Of a stretch of 64,000 bases of DNA, positions 29,553-37,236 are shown piece by piece. Location: positions 50,528 through 114,527 of the forward strand of contig JASHNU010000074.1 in NCBI GenBank assembly GCA_030041475.1. The letters run 5' to 3'. Source of the DNA: Candidatus Sulfotelmatobacter sp. (lineage in GTDB: Bacteria > Acidobacteriota > Terriglobia > Terriglobales > Acidobacteriaceae). The notes beneath the pieces are model-generated. The model ran no database searches and was not told the DNA's origin. It saw only the letters and a program-made list of their open reading frames with translations. How positions within the stretch are numbered: the first letter of the stretch is position 1; each line of letters begins with the position of its first letter. Both the position numbers and the translations under genes were made by a program.

Positions 29553-30002
29553 TTAGAACGCCTTCTTCGAATCCAGAAGAATCGTCACCGGACCTTCATT
29601 CACCAGTTCCACCTGCATCATCTCCTGAAAGCGTCCGGTCTCGCAGCGCAGCCCGAGATCCTGAACACGCGCCACAAAAAACTCATAAAGGCGCCGAGCC
29701 TGGTCCGGCGGCGCGGCGTCGTCGAACGACGGCCGCTTGCCGCGCCGGGTGTCGCCGTAAAGCGTGAATTGCGACACTGCCAGCACGCTGCCGCCGACCT
29801 GCTGCACGCTTAAGTTCATCTTGCCGTCCTCGTCCTCAAAAATTCGAAGTCCGGCGATCTTTTCGGCCAGATAGGTCGCGTCGGCTTCGGTGTCCTCATG
29901 TGCGACGCCGAGCAGAACCAGCAATCCAAGCCCAATTTCGCCGCTCGTCCATTCGTCGACGCTGACTTTGGCGCGGCTCACGCGCTGCACAACGGCACGC
30001 AT
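29553..30002 (-). CDS. dtd: D-aminoacyl-tRNA deacylase
   Basis: 149 aa: [16 protein letters not shown]..., [36 protein letters not shown]. Confidence 0.92.
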   Translation of the reverse strand: MRAVVQRVSRAKVSVDEWTSGEIGLGLLVLLGVAHEDTEADATYLAEKIAGLRIFEDEDGKMNLSVQQVGGSVLAVSQFTLYGDTRRGKRPSFDDAAPPDQARRLYEFFVARVQDLGLRCETGRFQEMMQVELVNEGPVTILLDSKKAF

Positions 30003-30016
30003 AATCTCGTCTCGCC

Positions 30017-30466
30017 TTAAGTGTTAGGCCGCGGGAAACTGGACTCATGCGCTGCCACGCACTGCCAGCGCCCGTCGCGATAAACATAGACATCGGTAAA
30101 GCGAACCTTGTTGTTGAGCGGCCCATGGGCCGTAATTGCGGTCGCGACCCCGCGAATGTAACCGAAATCGCCAAAGACATGCGCGTGCAACTCTGACAGC
30201 TCGTGGTACACGCCTTTGTGGTCCGCGGCACGGACCAAGATCGTGTGCTTGTCCGCCAATGCGCCGGTCGGGCCGGCATCCTCGAATTCATCCGCCAGAA
30301 TGCACATGAGCGCCTGCACGTCCTGCTCTTCCAGCGCCCGCGCCCAGGTCTGCTCGATCAGGACGAGGGCAGCCTCGTTCTTGGCCTGCCCCGTGGGACA
30401 CGCCGCAGCACAGAACGCCGGGCACATCAGCGGCAACCACAGCAGCAACCACAACAACTGTTTCAC
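30017..30466 (-). CDS. SnoaL/NTF2-like (DUF4440-type) protein with signal peptide
   Basis: 149 aa with a hydrophobic N-terminus ([19 protein letters not shown]) and an NTF2-like C-terminal signature ([20 protein letters not shown]). Confidence 0.65.
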   Translation of the reverse strand: MKQLLWLLLWLPLMCPAFCAAACPTGQAKNEAALVLIEQTWARALEEQDVQALMCILADEFEDAGPTGALADKHTILVRAADHKGVYHELSELHAHVFGDFGYIRGVATAITAHGPLNNKVRFTDVYVYRDGRWQCVAAHESSFPRPNT

Positions 30467-30770
30467 GCCGGACTCCTTTCGCGTGGCCGCCGCACCATCA
30501 TAACCTGCTGGACGTTTGACCCCGGCAACGCCAACCTTTAGGATTCAGGAGTAGCCAGAGCAGGTATTCCGAAATAGATGCGGTCGCAGTTCAACCTTTG
30601 CGTCGCCGGAACCAGCGCCGCTGTTTCTTTACACTGATTCACCAGGACCATTACACTACACACTCGCCATTTTCTGTACAGCAGTGCAACATAACCCGGA
30701 ACGCAAACCGAAGACAACCGCAACCGTAATACCGAATTCAAATCTAATTCTGAGGCAAGCGAGGAGACAC

Positions 30771-31016
30771 ATGGCAGCCGTAGACGAGAAGGTAAAGCAG
30801 ATTATCGTGGAGCAGCTTGGAGTGGATGAGGGCGAAGTCACATCGAGCGCGTCCTTCGTCGACGACCTGGGCGCCGATTCGCTCGACACAGTTGAGCTGG
30901 TGATGGCCTTCGAAGAGGCCTTCGATATCGAGATTCCCGACGAGGACGCCGAAAAGATCCGCACCGTGCAGGATGCCGTGGACTACATCGGCAAGCACGC
31001 AAAGGCGAGCAAGTAA
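30771..31016 (+). CDS. acpP: Acyl carrier protein
   Basis: The ATG at 30771 is preceded by gaggag. The product is [18 protein letters not shown]...[19 protein letters not shown] (phosphopantetheine Ser in the DSLD motif). Confidence 0.95.
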   Translation: MAAVDEKVKQIIVEQLGVDEGEVTSSASFVDDLGADSLDTVELVMAFEEAFDIEIPDEDAEKIRTVQDAVDYIGKHAKASK

Positions 31017-32255
31017 TTGGGACGCAGGGTCGTAGTCACGGGGCTCGGCTTGATCTGCGGCGTGGGCAACTCCACCGAAGAGGTGTGGAAGGGCTTACTC
31101 GCGGGCAAGAGTGGTGTAGGCCGCATCACACAGTTCGACTCCTCGAACTTTGCCTGCCAGATCGCCGCCGAGGTCAAAGGCTTCGACCCGCTCCAGTACA
31201 TCGAGAAGAAAGAAGTCAAAAAGATGGCTCGCTTCATCCATTTGGCGATCGCCGCCACCGATGAAGCCATGAAGATGTCGGGCCTGAAGATCACGCCCGA
31301 AAATGACGAGCGCGTCGGCGTGCACATCGGCTCGGGCATTGGCGGATTCGACATCATTGAGCGCGAGCACGAAGAACTTCTCAAGGGCGGCCCGCGCAAG
31401 ATCTCTCCTTTCTTTATTCCGTCTGCCATCATCAACCTGGCTGCCGGGCAGGTCTCCATGCGCTACGGCGCCAAGGGACCGAACGAAGCCACGGCGACCG
31501 CCTGTACCACCAGCGCCCACTCCATCGGCGATTCCTTCCGGATCATTCAGCACAATGACGCCGACGTCATGATCGCCGGCGGCTCCGAGGCGGCCATTAC
31601 TCCCATGGGCGTGGGCGGATTCGCCGCCATGCGCGCGCTTTCCACGCGCAACGAAGAGCCGGAGAAGGCGAGCCGTCCCTGGGACCAGGCCCGCGACGGC
31701 TTCGTGATCGGTGAAGGCGCCGGCATCATGATCCTCGAAGAGCTCGACCATGCCCGCAAGCGCGGCGCGCCCATTCTGGCCGAGCTCGCCGGATACGGCA
31801 TGTCGGGCGACGCCTACCACATCACCCAGCCCGCGCCCGAGCACGAGGGCGGATTCCGCGTGATGCGCAACGCCGTGCGGGATGCCGGTGTCATGCCCAA
31901 CGTGGTCAACTACGTCAACGCCCACGGCACGTCCACACCGATCGGCGACACGCTCGAGGCGCACGCCATCCGCAACTTTTTTGGCGCGCACAAACTGGCT
32001 GTGAGTTCCACGAAATCCATGACTGGCCATCTGCTCGGCGGCGCGGGCGGTCTCGAAGCCGGCATCACTGTGCTGGCCCTGCGCGACCAGATGCTGCCGC
32101 CCACCATTAATCTCGAAAACCCCGACCCCGACACAGCCGGCATGGACCTGGTGCCCAACCACTCGCGCAAGGCTAAGATCGAATATGCCATGACGAACTC
32201 GTTTGGCTTCGGCGGGACGAATGGTGCGCTGCTGTTCCGGCGCTGGAGAGGATAG
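31017..32255 (+). CDS. fabF: 3-oxoacyl-ACP synthase II
   Basis: 412 aa: RRVVVTGLG, active-site Cys context ATACTTSAHS, His motifs NAHGTSTP and KSMTGHLLG, and NSFGFGGTNG. The TTG start abuts the acpP stop, so the exact start is uncertain. Confidence 0.92.
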   Translation: MGRRVVVTGLGLICGVGNSTEEVWKGLLAGKSGVGRITQFDSSNFACQIAAEVKGFDPLQYIEKKEVKKMARFIHLAIAATDEAMKMSGLKITPENDERVGVHIGSGIGGFDIIEREHEELLKGGPRKISPFFIPSAIINLAAGQVSMRYGAKGPNEATATACTTSAHSIGDSFRIIQHNDADVMIAGGSEAAITPMGVGGFAAMRALSTRNEEPEKASRPWDQARDGFVIGEGAGIMILEELDHARKRGAPILAELAGYGMSGDAYHITQPAPEHEGGFRVMRNAVRDAGVMPNVVNYVNAHGTSTPIGDTLEAHAIRNFFGAHKLAVSSTKSMTGHLLGGAGGLEAGITVLALRDQMLPPTINLENPDPDTAGMDLVPNHSRKAKIEYAMTNSFGFGGTNGALLFRRWRG

Positions 32256-32285
32256 TCATGTAGGGACAGCCGCCTCGGCTGTCCG

Positions 32286-32318
32286 GCGGCGCAGACGTAT
32301 CGCGCCGCAGCGATTTTT
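32286..32318 (+). terminator. Intrinsic terminator after fabF (preceded by a second 9-bp hairpin at 32264..32284)
   Basis: gcggcgc-agacgtatc-gcgccgc, followed by agcgattttt. The upstream hairpin is ggacagccg-cct-cggctgtcc. Confidence 0.6.
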
Positions 32319-32328
32319 GCTTCCCGTT

Positions 32329-32352
32329 GTCATTCCTAGCGAAGCGAGGAAT
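32329..32352 (+). repeat. Dispersed REP-like element, family A (gtcattcc-agcg-agcgaggaat)
   Basis: gtcattcctagcgaagcgaggaat. Near-identical copies lie at 34451..34479 (reverse) and 35388..35412. Confidence 0.8.
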
Positions 32353-32587
32353 ACCGTCCGTCTCTACACGGACCGTGTTGCGAGCCTGGCCTGGTGACCT
32401 TCGGTTTCTGCAGGCTGTAATCGACTGATTTCAGAGCAGATCGCTACGTAATGTCCTTTCTCGCGTAACCAGCCAAAAAGTAATGAACGTCCGCACTCAT
32501 CCGAGTTGCACTTTGGGACTTTGCCTACCGCGGGAGGAGACCCCACAATGATTTTGAAAGTGGAGTCTAAGAGTTTTTCCCCGACCT

Positions 32588-33331
32588 ATGGATAAAGCTT
32601 TCGCTTCTGCCAAGTCTGCTCCTATACTTCCTCCTCTTAATCCAGCTCGCGTTAACGCAGTCGTCTCCGCGCGCAAGGCGACGGCGCGTACGGCGCTGGT
32701 CGGGCTGAGTGAGCCGGCGCGGGCGCTGCTCGACGAGTGCTTCCGCCAGTTCGGCATTGAGCCGGTCGTGGTCTCGGCCGACGCGGAGGAGCGTCTAAGC
32801 AAGGAAAAATTTGAAGCCTGCGTACTCGGCCTGGGCACGGGCGCCGACATGCTGATGGAAGCGGCGCGCAGTTCGCGCTCAAACAGCCGTTGCGTGCTGT
32901 ATGGCGTGGGCGGCAACGCGCAGCAGGCGATGAAGTACTCGAAGTACGGCATCAACGCCATGTTCCAGGAGCCGCTGGAGCGGCAGGCGGCGCTGAAGCT
33001 GATCCGGGCAACGCGCATGCTGGTGCTGCATGAGTTCCGGCGTTACGTGCGCATTCCGGTGATGACCGAGGTGTCGGTGATCGGCGAGAAAGTGCGCTTC
33101 AGCGCCACTAGCATTGAGATGAGCACGGGTGGAATGTCGCTGCGCACGCCGGAGGACGTTTCGGTGGGAACAAACGTGGAAGTGTCATTCTCGTTGCTGA
33201 CCTTGCCGCGGATGGCGATGAAGGGCGTGATCAGCTGGCGCAAGCCGAAGCTGATTGGCGTGCGGTTTGATCAGACGGATGAGCGGCGCAAGAAAGTGAA
33301 AGTGTGGATCGATTCCTATTTGGAGAATTAG
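32588..33331 (+). CDS. PilZ-domain protein with degenerate receiver-like N-terminal domain
   Basis: 247 aa. The C-terminal PilZ signature is RRYVRIPV...(D/S)xSxxGMSL (FRRYVRIPVMTEVSV, SIEMSTGGMSLR). Confidence 0.75.
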   Translation: MDKAFASAKSAPILPPLNPARVNAVVSARKATARTALVGLSEPARALLDECFRQFGIEPVVVSADAEERLSKEKFEACVLGLGTGADMLMEAARSSRSNSRCVLYGVGGNAQQAMKYSKYGINAMFQEPLERQAALKLIRATRMLVLHEFRRYVRIPVMTEVSVIGEKVRFSATSIEMSTGGMSLRTPEDVSVGTNVEVSFSLLTLPRMAMKGVISWRKPKLIGVRFDQTDERRKKVKVWIDSYLEN

Positions 33332-33397
33332 CGGCGCGAGGTGCCGTCCCGACCGGACTCATTCATAAATCATTCGGTAGAAAGTCGTTGGTCAAAC

Positions 33398-33427
33398 CCC
33401 GGCACGACCGTGCCGGGCTTTTTTATT
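33398..33427 (+). terminator. Intrinsic terminator after the PilZ gene
   Basis: cccggcac-gacc-gtgccggg, followed by cttttttatt. Confidence 0.75.
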
Positions 33428-33451
33428 GGGCCGCTGCGCGGCTGGCGCGGT

Positions 33452-33530
33452 CCCTCAGCGGCTAAAGCCGCGCTCTTCTCCCTGCTCTGGACGCGGCCCT
33501 GAAGGGCCGCTCTTCCACGGTGGCGCAAGG
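33452..33530 (+). repeat. Dispersed REP-like element, family B (two short GC hairpins: gcggc-taaa-gccgc and ggcc-ctgaag-ggcc)
   Basis: ccctcagcggctaaagccgcgctcttc...gccctgaagggccgctcttccacggtggcgcaagg. It is about 80% identical by eye to 37470..37551 inside pheT and related to 58131..58205. Confidence 0.8.
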
Positions 33531-33753
33531 ATGAGATTTCGCTTCCCGCGGCTTGAGTTCCCGCCTCTGGCAAAGGTGGCCAGAAGTGGGGCACCCCACT
33601 TTCAATGATGGCTTGAAGCCGGCGAGCGGCGCTCGACCGGACCCGTTTGACTCCTCTTCGCGTCGCTCAGAGTCGCTCGGGGCAGGCTCACGAATGCGGG
33701 CTGCCCGTGCATGGACCTTGCCGATCGAGGGCGCAGGTTCTTCCGCATCCTCA

Positions 33754-33762
33754 TGCTATAAT
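33754..33762 (+). promoter_or_regulatory. Extended -10 promoter element (TGcTATAAT) upstream of infC
   Basis: tgctataat has a perfect TATAAT hexamer with a TG at -15/-14. It lies 35 nt upstream of the proposed infC start. No good -35 is present. Confidence 0.4.
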
Positions 33763-33796
33763 CGTTCATTCTCAGTTGTTTAGCAGGGAGGACTGT

Positions 33797-34429
33797 ATCG
33801 ACAAGCGTTTTATCCGCACCAACGATCGCATTCGGGCGCGCGAAATTCGGGTGATTGACGACGAAGGCAATCAGCTGGGCATCATGCCGCCCTACGAAGC
33901 GCTCAAGAAAGCCCGCGAGAAGAACTTAGACCTGGTTGAGATTTCGCCCACCGCGCAGCCTCCCGTGTGCCGCATCATGGACTACGGGAAGTATCTTTAC
34001 CAGCAGGAGAAGAAAGAGCGCGAAGCCAAGAAACACCAGAAGACGATTACGGTCAAAGAGGTCAAGTTCCGTATCAATGTGGACGACCACGATTACGAGA
34101 CCAAGAAGAATCACGTGCTGCGGTTTCTGGGCGAAGGCGACAAGGTCAAGGCGACGATTTTCTTTCGCGGACGCGAGATGACGCGGACCGGCCTGGGACG
34201 GCAGATTCTGGAGCGGTTAATTAAGGATGTAGAGTCGCAGAGTATTGTGGAGTTTCGTCCGCGGCAGGAAGGCAACACGCTGCACGCGATTCTGGCGCCG
34301 AAAAAAGTAGAGCCCGGGCACAAGCCGAAGCCTCCGCAGCAGCCTCCGCAGGGCGGACAGCCCCGGCCGGCGGGCACTTCGCCGAGTCCGCAGCCGGTGG
34401 CTCCGGCGGTGGCCAAGCCGGCGTCGTAA
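33797..34429 (+). CDS. infC: Translation initiation factor IF-3, apparently initiating at a non-canonical ATC codon; Pro/Gln-rich C-terminal tail
   Basis: IF-3 homology starts at IDKRFIRTNDRIRAREIRVIDDEGNQLGIM.... A GGAGG sits 5 nt upstream of the ATC at 33797. The upstream part of track ORF 33647.. runs through repeat elements and the promoter. Confidence 0.8.
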   Translation: MDKRFIRTNDRIRAREIRVIDDEGNQLGIMPPYEALKKAREKNLDLVEISPTAQPPVCRIMDYGKYLYQQEKKEREAKKHQKTITVKEVKFRINVDDHDYETKKNHVLRFLGEGDKVKATIFFRGREMTRTGLGRQILERLIKDVESQSIVEFRPRQEGNTLHAILAPKKVEPGHKPKPPQQPPQGGQPRPAGTSPSPQPVAPAVAKPAS

Positions 34430-34450
34430 GCGGCGCAGACAAGAAGCAGG

Positions 34451-34479
34451 TTCCTCCTCGCTTCGCTCGTCGGAATGAC
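34451..34479 (-). repeat. REP-like element family A, reverse orientation
   Basis: The reverse complement reads gtcattccgacgagcgaagcgaggaggaa. Confidence 0.75.
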
Positions 34480-34529
34480 AAGGTTGTTTTGACGAGCGAT
34501 CCTCTGAAATCAGAAGCGAGAGTAGAAAA

Positions 34530-34561
34530 CTGACAGCTGACGGCTGAGAGCTGACAGCTGC
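34530..34561 (+). repeat. Low-complexity GCTGA-type element, family C
   Basis: ctgacagctgacggctgagagctgacagctgc contains an internal direct repeat of ctgacagctg. A related copy in reverse orientation lies at 35298..35329. Confidence 0.6.
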
Positions 34562-34573
34562 TTTTGAGGATTT

Positions 34574-34771
34574 ATGCCGAAACTGAAAACGCACAAGGGC
34601 GCGTCGAAGCGCTTCAAGAAGACGGCGACGGGAAAGGTGAAGCGGGGACATACGAAACTGCGTCACATCCTGACGTCGAAGGAACATAAAACGAAACGGA
34701 AGCTGCGCAAGGCGACTTTGGTCAGTGATGGCGATCTGGCCAAGGTTTTGCGGATGATTCCGTATCAGTGA
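34574..34771 (+). CDS. rpmI: 50S ribosomal protein L35
   Basis: 65 aa: [27 protein letters not shown].... A gagga Shine-Dalgarno lies upstream. Confidence 0.95.
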   Translation: MPKLKTHKGASKRFKKTATGKVKRGHTKLRHILTSKEHKTKRKLRKATLVSDGDLAKVLRMIPYQ

Positions 34772-34780
34772 AGCAGAGAT

Positions 34781-34856
34781 CAGAGGACAGGGACCAGGGG
34801 TCAGAGATCAAACGAACGGTTTTCTGACGCCTAGCCTCTGGCCCCTGACCCCTGTA
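34781..34856. repeat. Imperfect inverted repeat of a caggggtcag(a/g)g-type element between rpmI and rplT
   Basis: cagaggacagggaccaggggtcag (34781..34804) faces ctgacgcctagcctctggcccctgacccctg (34824..34854). caggggtcag and ctgacccctg are exact complements. Confidence 0.55.
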
Positions 34857-34938
34857 GGCGTGTGAAGAGGCCGGGCGCCGCACGGCGAGTGCTCCTTACC
34901 TCCAGCCGCCATAAAACGAAAGTAAAAAGGAGAAAACC

Positions 34939-35295
34939 ATGCCTCGTGTAAAGCGCGGCACCAAACGCCGCGCAAAACGCAAGAAGATACTGGACCGCGC
35001 CAGCGGTTATTTCCTGACAAAATCAAAACTGTACCGCTCGGCCAAAGAAGCCGTGGAGCGCGGGCTGAAGTTCGCCTACTCGGGCCGCAAGCAGCGCAAG
35101 CGCCAGTTCCGCTCGCTCTGGATCGTACGCATCGGCGCGGCCGCCAAGCTGAACGGGATGAGCTACAACCAGTTCATCCACGGGCTGAAGAAGGCGGGCG
35201 TGGAGCTGGATCGCAAGATTCTGGCGGATCTGGCGGTGAACGATCCGTCGGGGTTTGCCAGCCTGGCGACGCAGGCGAAGTCGGCGCTGGGGTAA
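34939..35295 (+). CDS. rplT: 50S ribosomal protein L20
   Basis: 118 aa: [25 protein letters not shown]...; an aaggag Shine-Dalgarno lies upstream. Confidence 0.95.
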   Translation: MPRVKRGTKRRAKRKKILDRASGYFLTKSKLYRSAKEAVERGLKFAYSGRKQRKRQFRSLWIVRIGAAAKLNGMSYNQFIHGLKKAGVELDRKILADLAVNDPSGFASLATQAKSALG

Positions 35296-35297
35296 AG

Positions 35298-35329
35298 CAG
35301 CCGTCAGCACTCAGCTTTCAGCCTTCAGC
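35298..35329 (-). repeat. Family C GCTGA-type element, reverse orientation
   Basis: The reverse complement reads gctgaaggctgaaagctgagtgctgacggctgc and shares gctgacggctg with 34530..34561. Confidence 0.55.
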
Positions 35330-35341
35330 GAAGTCAAGAAG

Positions 35342-35361
35342 GGCACGGCTTCAGCCGTGCC
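35342..35361 (+). terminator. GC hairpin downstream of rplT (no T-tract)
   Basis: ggcacggc-ttca-gccgtgcc. It is related to the cccggcac/gtgccggg hairpins at 33398 and 59542. Confidence 0.35.
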
Positions 35362-35387
35362 GACAGGCACTCCTTTCTTGTATAACT

Positions 35388-35412
35388 GTCATTCCGAGCG
35401 CAGCGAGGAATC
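35388..35412 (+). repeat. REP-like element family A
   Basis: gtcattccgagcgcagcgaggaatc. Confidence 0.8.
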
Positions 35413-35487
35413 TGCTTCTCGCGGCCGCGGTGAGAATTCCCGCATGCGCCGCCGGATGTGTCTAGCTGAAAGGGATCCTTCGACTGC

Positions 35488-35532
35488 GGAACCGATTCGC
35501 ACCGCGAATCGGTTCCCTTCGCTCAGGATGAC
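35488..35532. repeat. 12-bp hairpin fused to a family A variant (reverse gtcatcctgagcgaagg)
   Basis: ggaaccgattcg-caccg-cgaatcggttcc, followed by ccttcgctcaggatgac. It lies just upstream of pheS. Confidence 0.65.
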
Positions 35533-35548
35533 ATTGTAAGAAATCACT

Positions 35549-36751
35549 GTGGCTTACACCGTTCCCAAACTGACGGATTATTCGGAGGCGATGCTTCAAC
35601 GCGTTCGGGACGAACTCTTGTCTGCGCTCGAGTATCAGGCTGAGGAAACCGAAAGTGAAGCGGACCTAAAGAATTTTCGGGACACATGGGTAGGTCGAAA
35701 GAATGGCGTCGTAACGCAGATCAATGAACTATGGCTGAAAGCTGCACCTAAAGAAGCTAAGAAGGCCGTAGGACAGGTAGTCAACGAACTGAAAACCAGT
35801 ATCGAGAGATACGCGGAGCAGGCTGCGCTCTTACTCAGCGGAATCACCCTTGATCGTGCCTTGGATGCCGCAACACGGCAAGGCGAAACTCCCTTGCCCG
35901 TACCGTACTTCGGCTATCAGGAAATAGTTGAAAGCGAGAAACCCTCTGAGTCGGTCGACATCACGCTTCCCGGCGTTCGCCGCCCGCTCGGCGCGGAGCA
36001 TCCCGTCATCAAGACGATGCACGAGATTGTCGGTGTGTTTCAGAAGCTTGGCTATTCGGTCGCTGAGGGGCCGGTCGTCGAGACGGACTATTACAACTTC
36101 GAGGCGCTGAATTTTCCTCCGAACCATCCGGCGCGGGACACGCAGGACACACTGTTCATCGCGGGGCAGCAGGCGAAGCCGCTACGCGAGCGGCTGCTGC
36201 TGCGCACGCACACGTCTCCAGTGCAGATTCGCACCATGGAGAAGATGCAGCCGCCGATCCGCATTGTGATTCCCGGCGTCGTGCATCGCAATGATCCTCC
36301 CGATGCGAGCCACTCGCCGATGTTTCATCAGATTGAAGGGCTGGCCGTGGATACGAACATTACCTTCGGTGATCTGAAGGGCACGCTTGATCACGCCATG
36401 AAGGCGCTCTACGGGTCGAGCGTGAAAACGCATTTCCGGCCGTCGTTCTTTCCGTTCACGGAGCCGAGTGCGGAGTTGTACGTGACCTGCTTCATTTGCG
36501 GTGGAAGCGGGAAGCGCGGAAGTGATCCTTGCCGTCCGTGCAAGCAGACAGGATGGATCGAAGTGCTCGGCTGCGGCATGGTCGATCCGAACGTGTTCGA
36601 GTTCGTGAAGGATAACGGTTACGATCCGAAAAAAGTTTCGGGATTCGCCTTCGGGGCGGGCATCGACCGGCTCGCGCTGTTGAAGTATGGGGTGGATGAT
36701 CTGCAGTATTTCTTTCAGGGAGATGTGAGGTTTTTGGAGCAGTGGGCTTGA
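35549..36751 (+). CDS. pheS: Phenylalanine-tRNA ligase alpha subunit (long N-terminal coiled-coil region)
   Basis: 400 aa, GTG start. Class II motifs are present: HPARDTQDTLF, LLRTHTSPVQIR, the motif 2 region FHQIEGL, and GFAFGAGIDRLA. Confidence 0.92.
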   Translation: MAYTVPKLTDYSEAMLQRVRDELLSALEYQAEETESEADLKNFRDTWVGRKNGVVTQINELWLKAAPKEAKKAVGQVVNELKTSIERYAEQAALLLSGITLDRALDAATRQGETPLPVPYFGYQEIVESEKPSESVDITLPGVRRPLGAEHPVIKTMHEIVGVFQKLGYSVAEGPVVETDYYNFEALNFPPNHPARDTQDTLFIAGQQAKPLRERLLLRTHTSPVQIRTMEKMQPPIRIVIPGVVHRNDPPDASHSPMFHQIEGLAVDTNITFGDLKGTLDHAMKALYGSSVKTHFRPSFFPFTEPSAELYVTCFICGGSGKRGSDPCRPCKQTGWIEVLGCGMVDPNVFEFVKDNGYDPKKVSGFAFGAGIDRLALLKYGVDDLQYFFQGDVRFLEQWA

Positions 36752-37236
36752 GGCTGGCGTCAGATCGAATGAGACCGGAACGAAGAATCACGCTTGTTTT
36801 GTTGTCCATATGCTTCGCCTATGTTCTCTGCGCGGGCAGCGTCTTATTCCTCTACGTTCACGCGCACCCTGGGGCGCCAGTTCCGCGGTTCATCTCCGTG
36901 CCCATACTCTGTCTCTTCGTCCTCACCATAGGTGGGGGAGCGTTTGTTACGAATCGTATGGCCCGCCGGCTGCTCAGAACTGAGACAGCAGAACAAGGTC
37001 ATCTTCGCCGGCTTCGAGCGATTAAGGGATTGAAAGTGGGGTTGATCGTTTGGGGCCTGATACTTCTGAACGACGTCAGAATGCTCGCGGAGGGTTCGAT
37101 CCCCTGGAAATACGCGATTCCTGGGCTGATCGTCGTGGCGCTGATAGTCGCGGTATGCTGGAAATCTCTGATGCGGCTCAAAAGAATCGAAGCGACCGGA
37201 TCAGAACCTGATCATAGTCACACACCCCGGCCATGA
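36742..37236 (+). CDS. Four-TM membrane protein of unknown function inserted between pheS and pheT
   Basis: 164 aa from the GTG at 36742, or 155 aa from the ATG at 36769. It has four hydrophobic helices. Its stop overlaps the pheT start (ATGA at 37233..37236) and its start overlaps the pheS 3' end. Confidence 0.55.
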   Translation: MGLRLASDRMRPERRITLVLLSICFAYVLCAGSVLFLYVHAHPGAPVPRFISVPILCLFVLTIGGGAFVTNRMARRLLRTETAEQGHLRRLRAIKGLKVGLIVWGLILLNDVRMLAEGSIPWKYAIPGLIVVALIVAVCWKSLMRLKRIEATGSEPDHSHTPRP

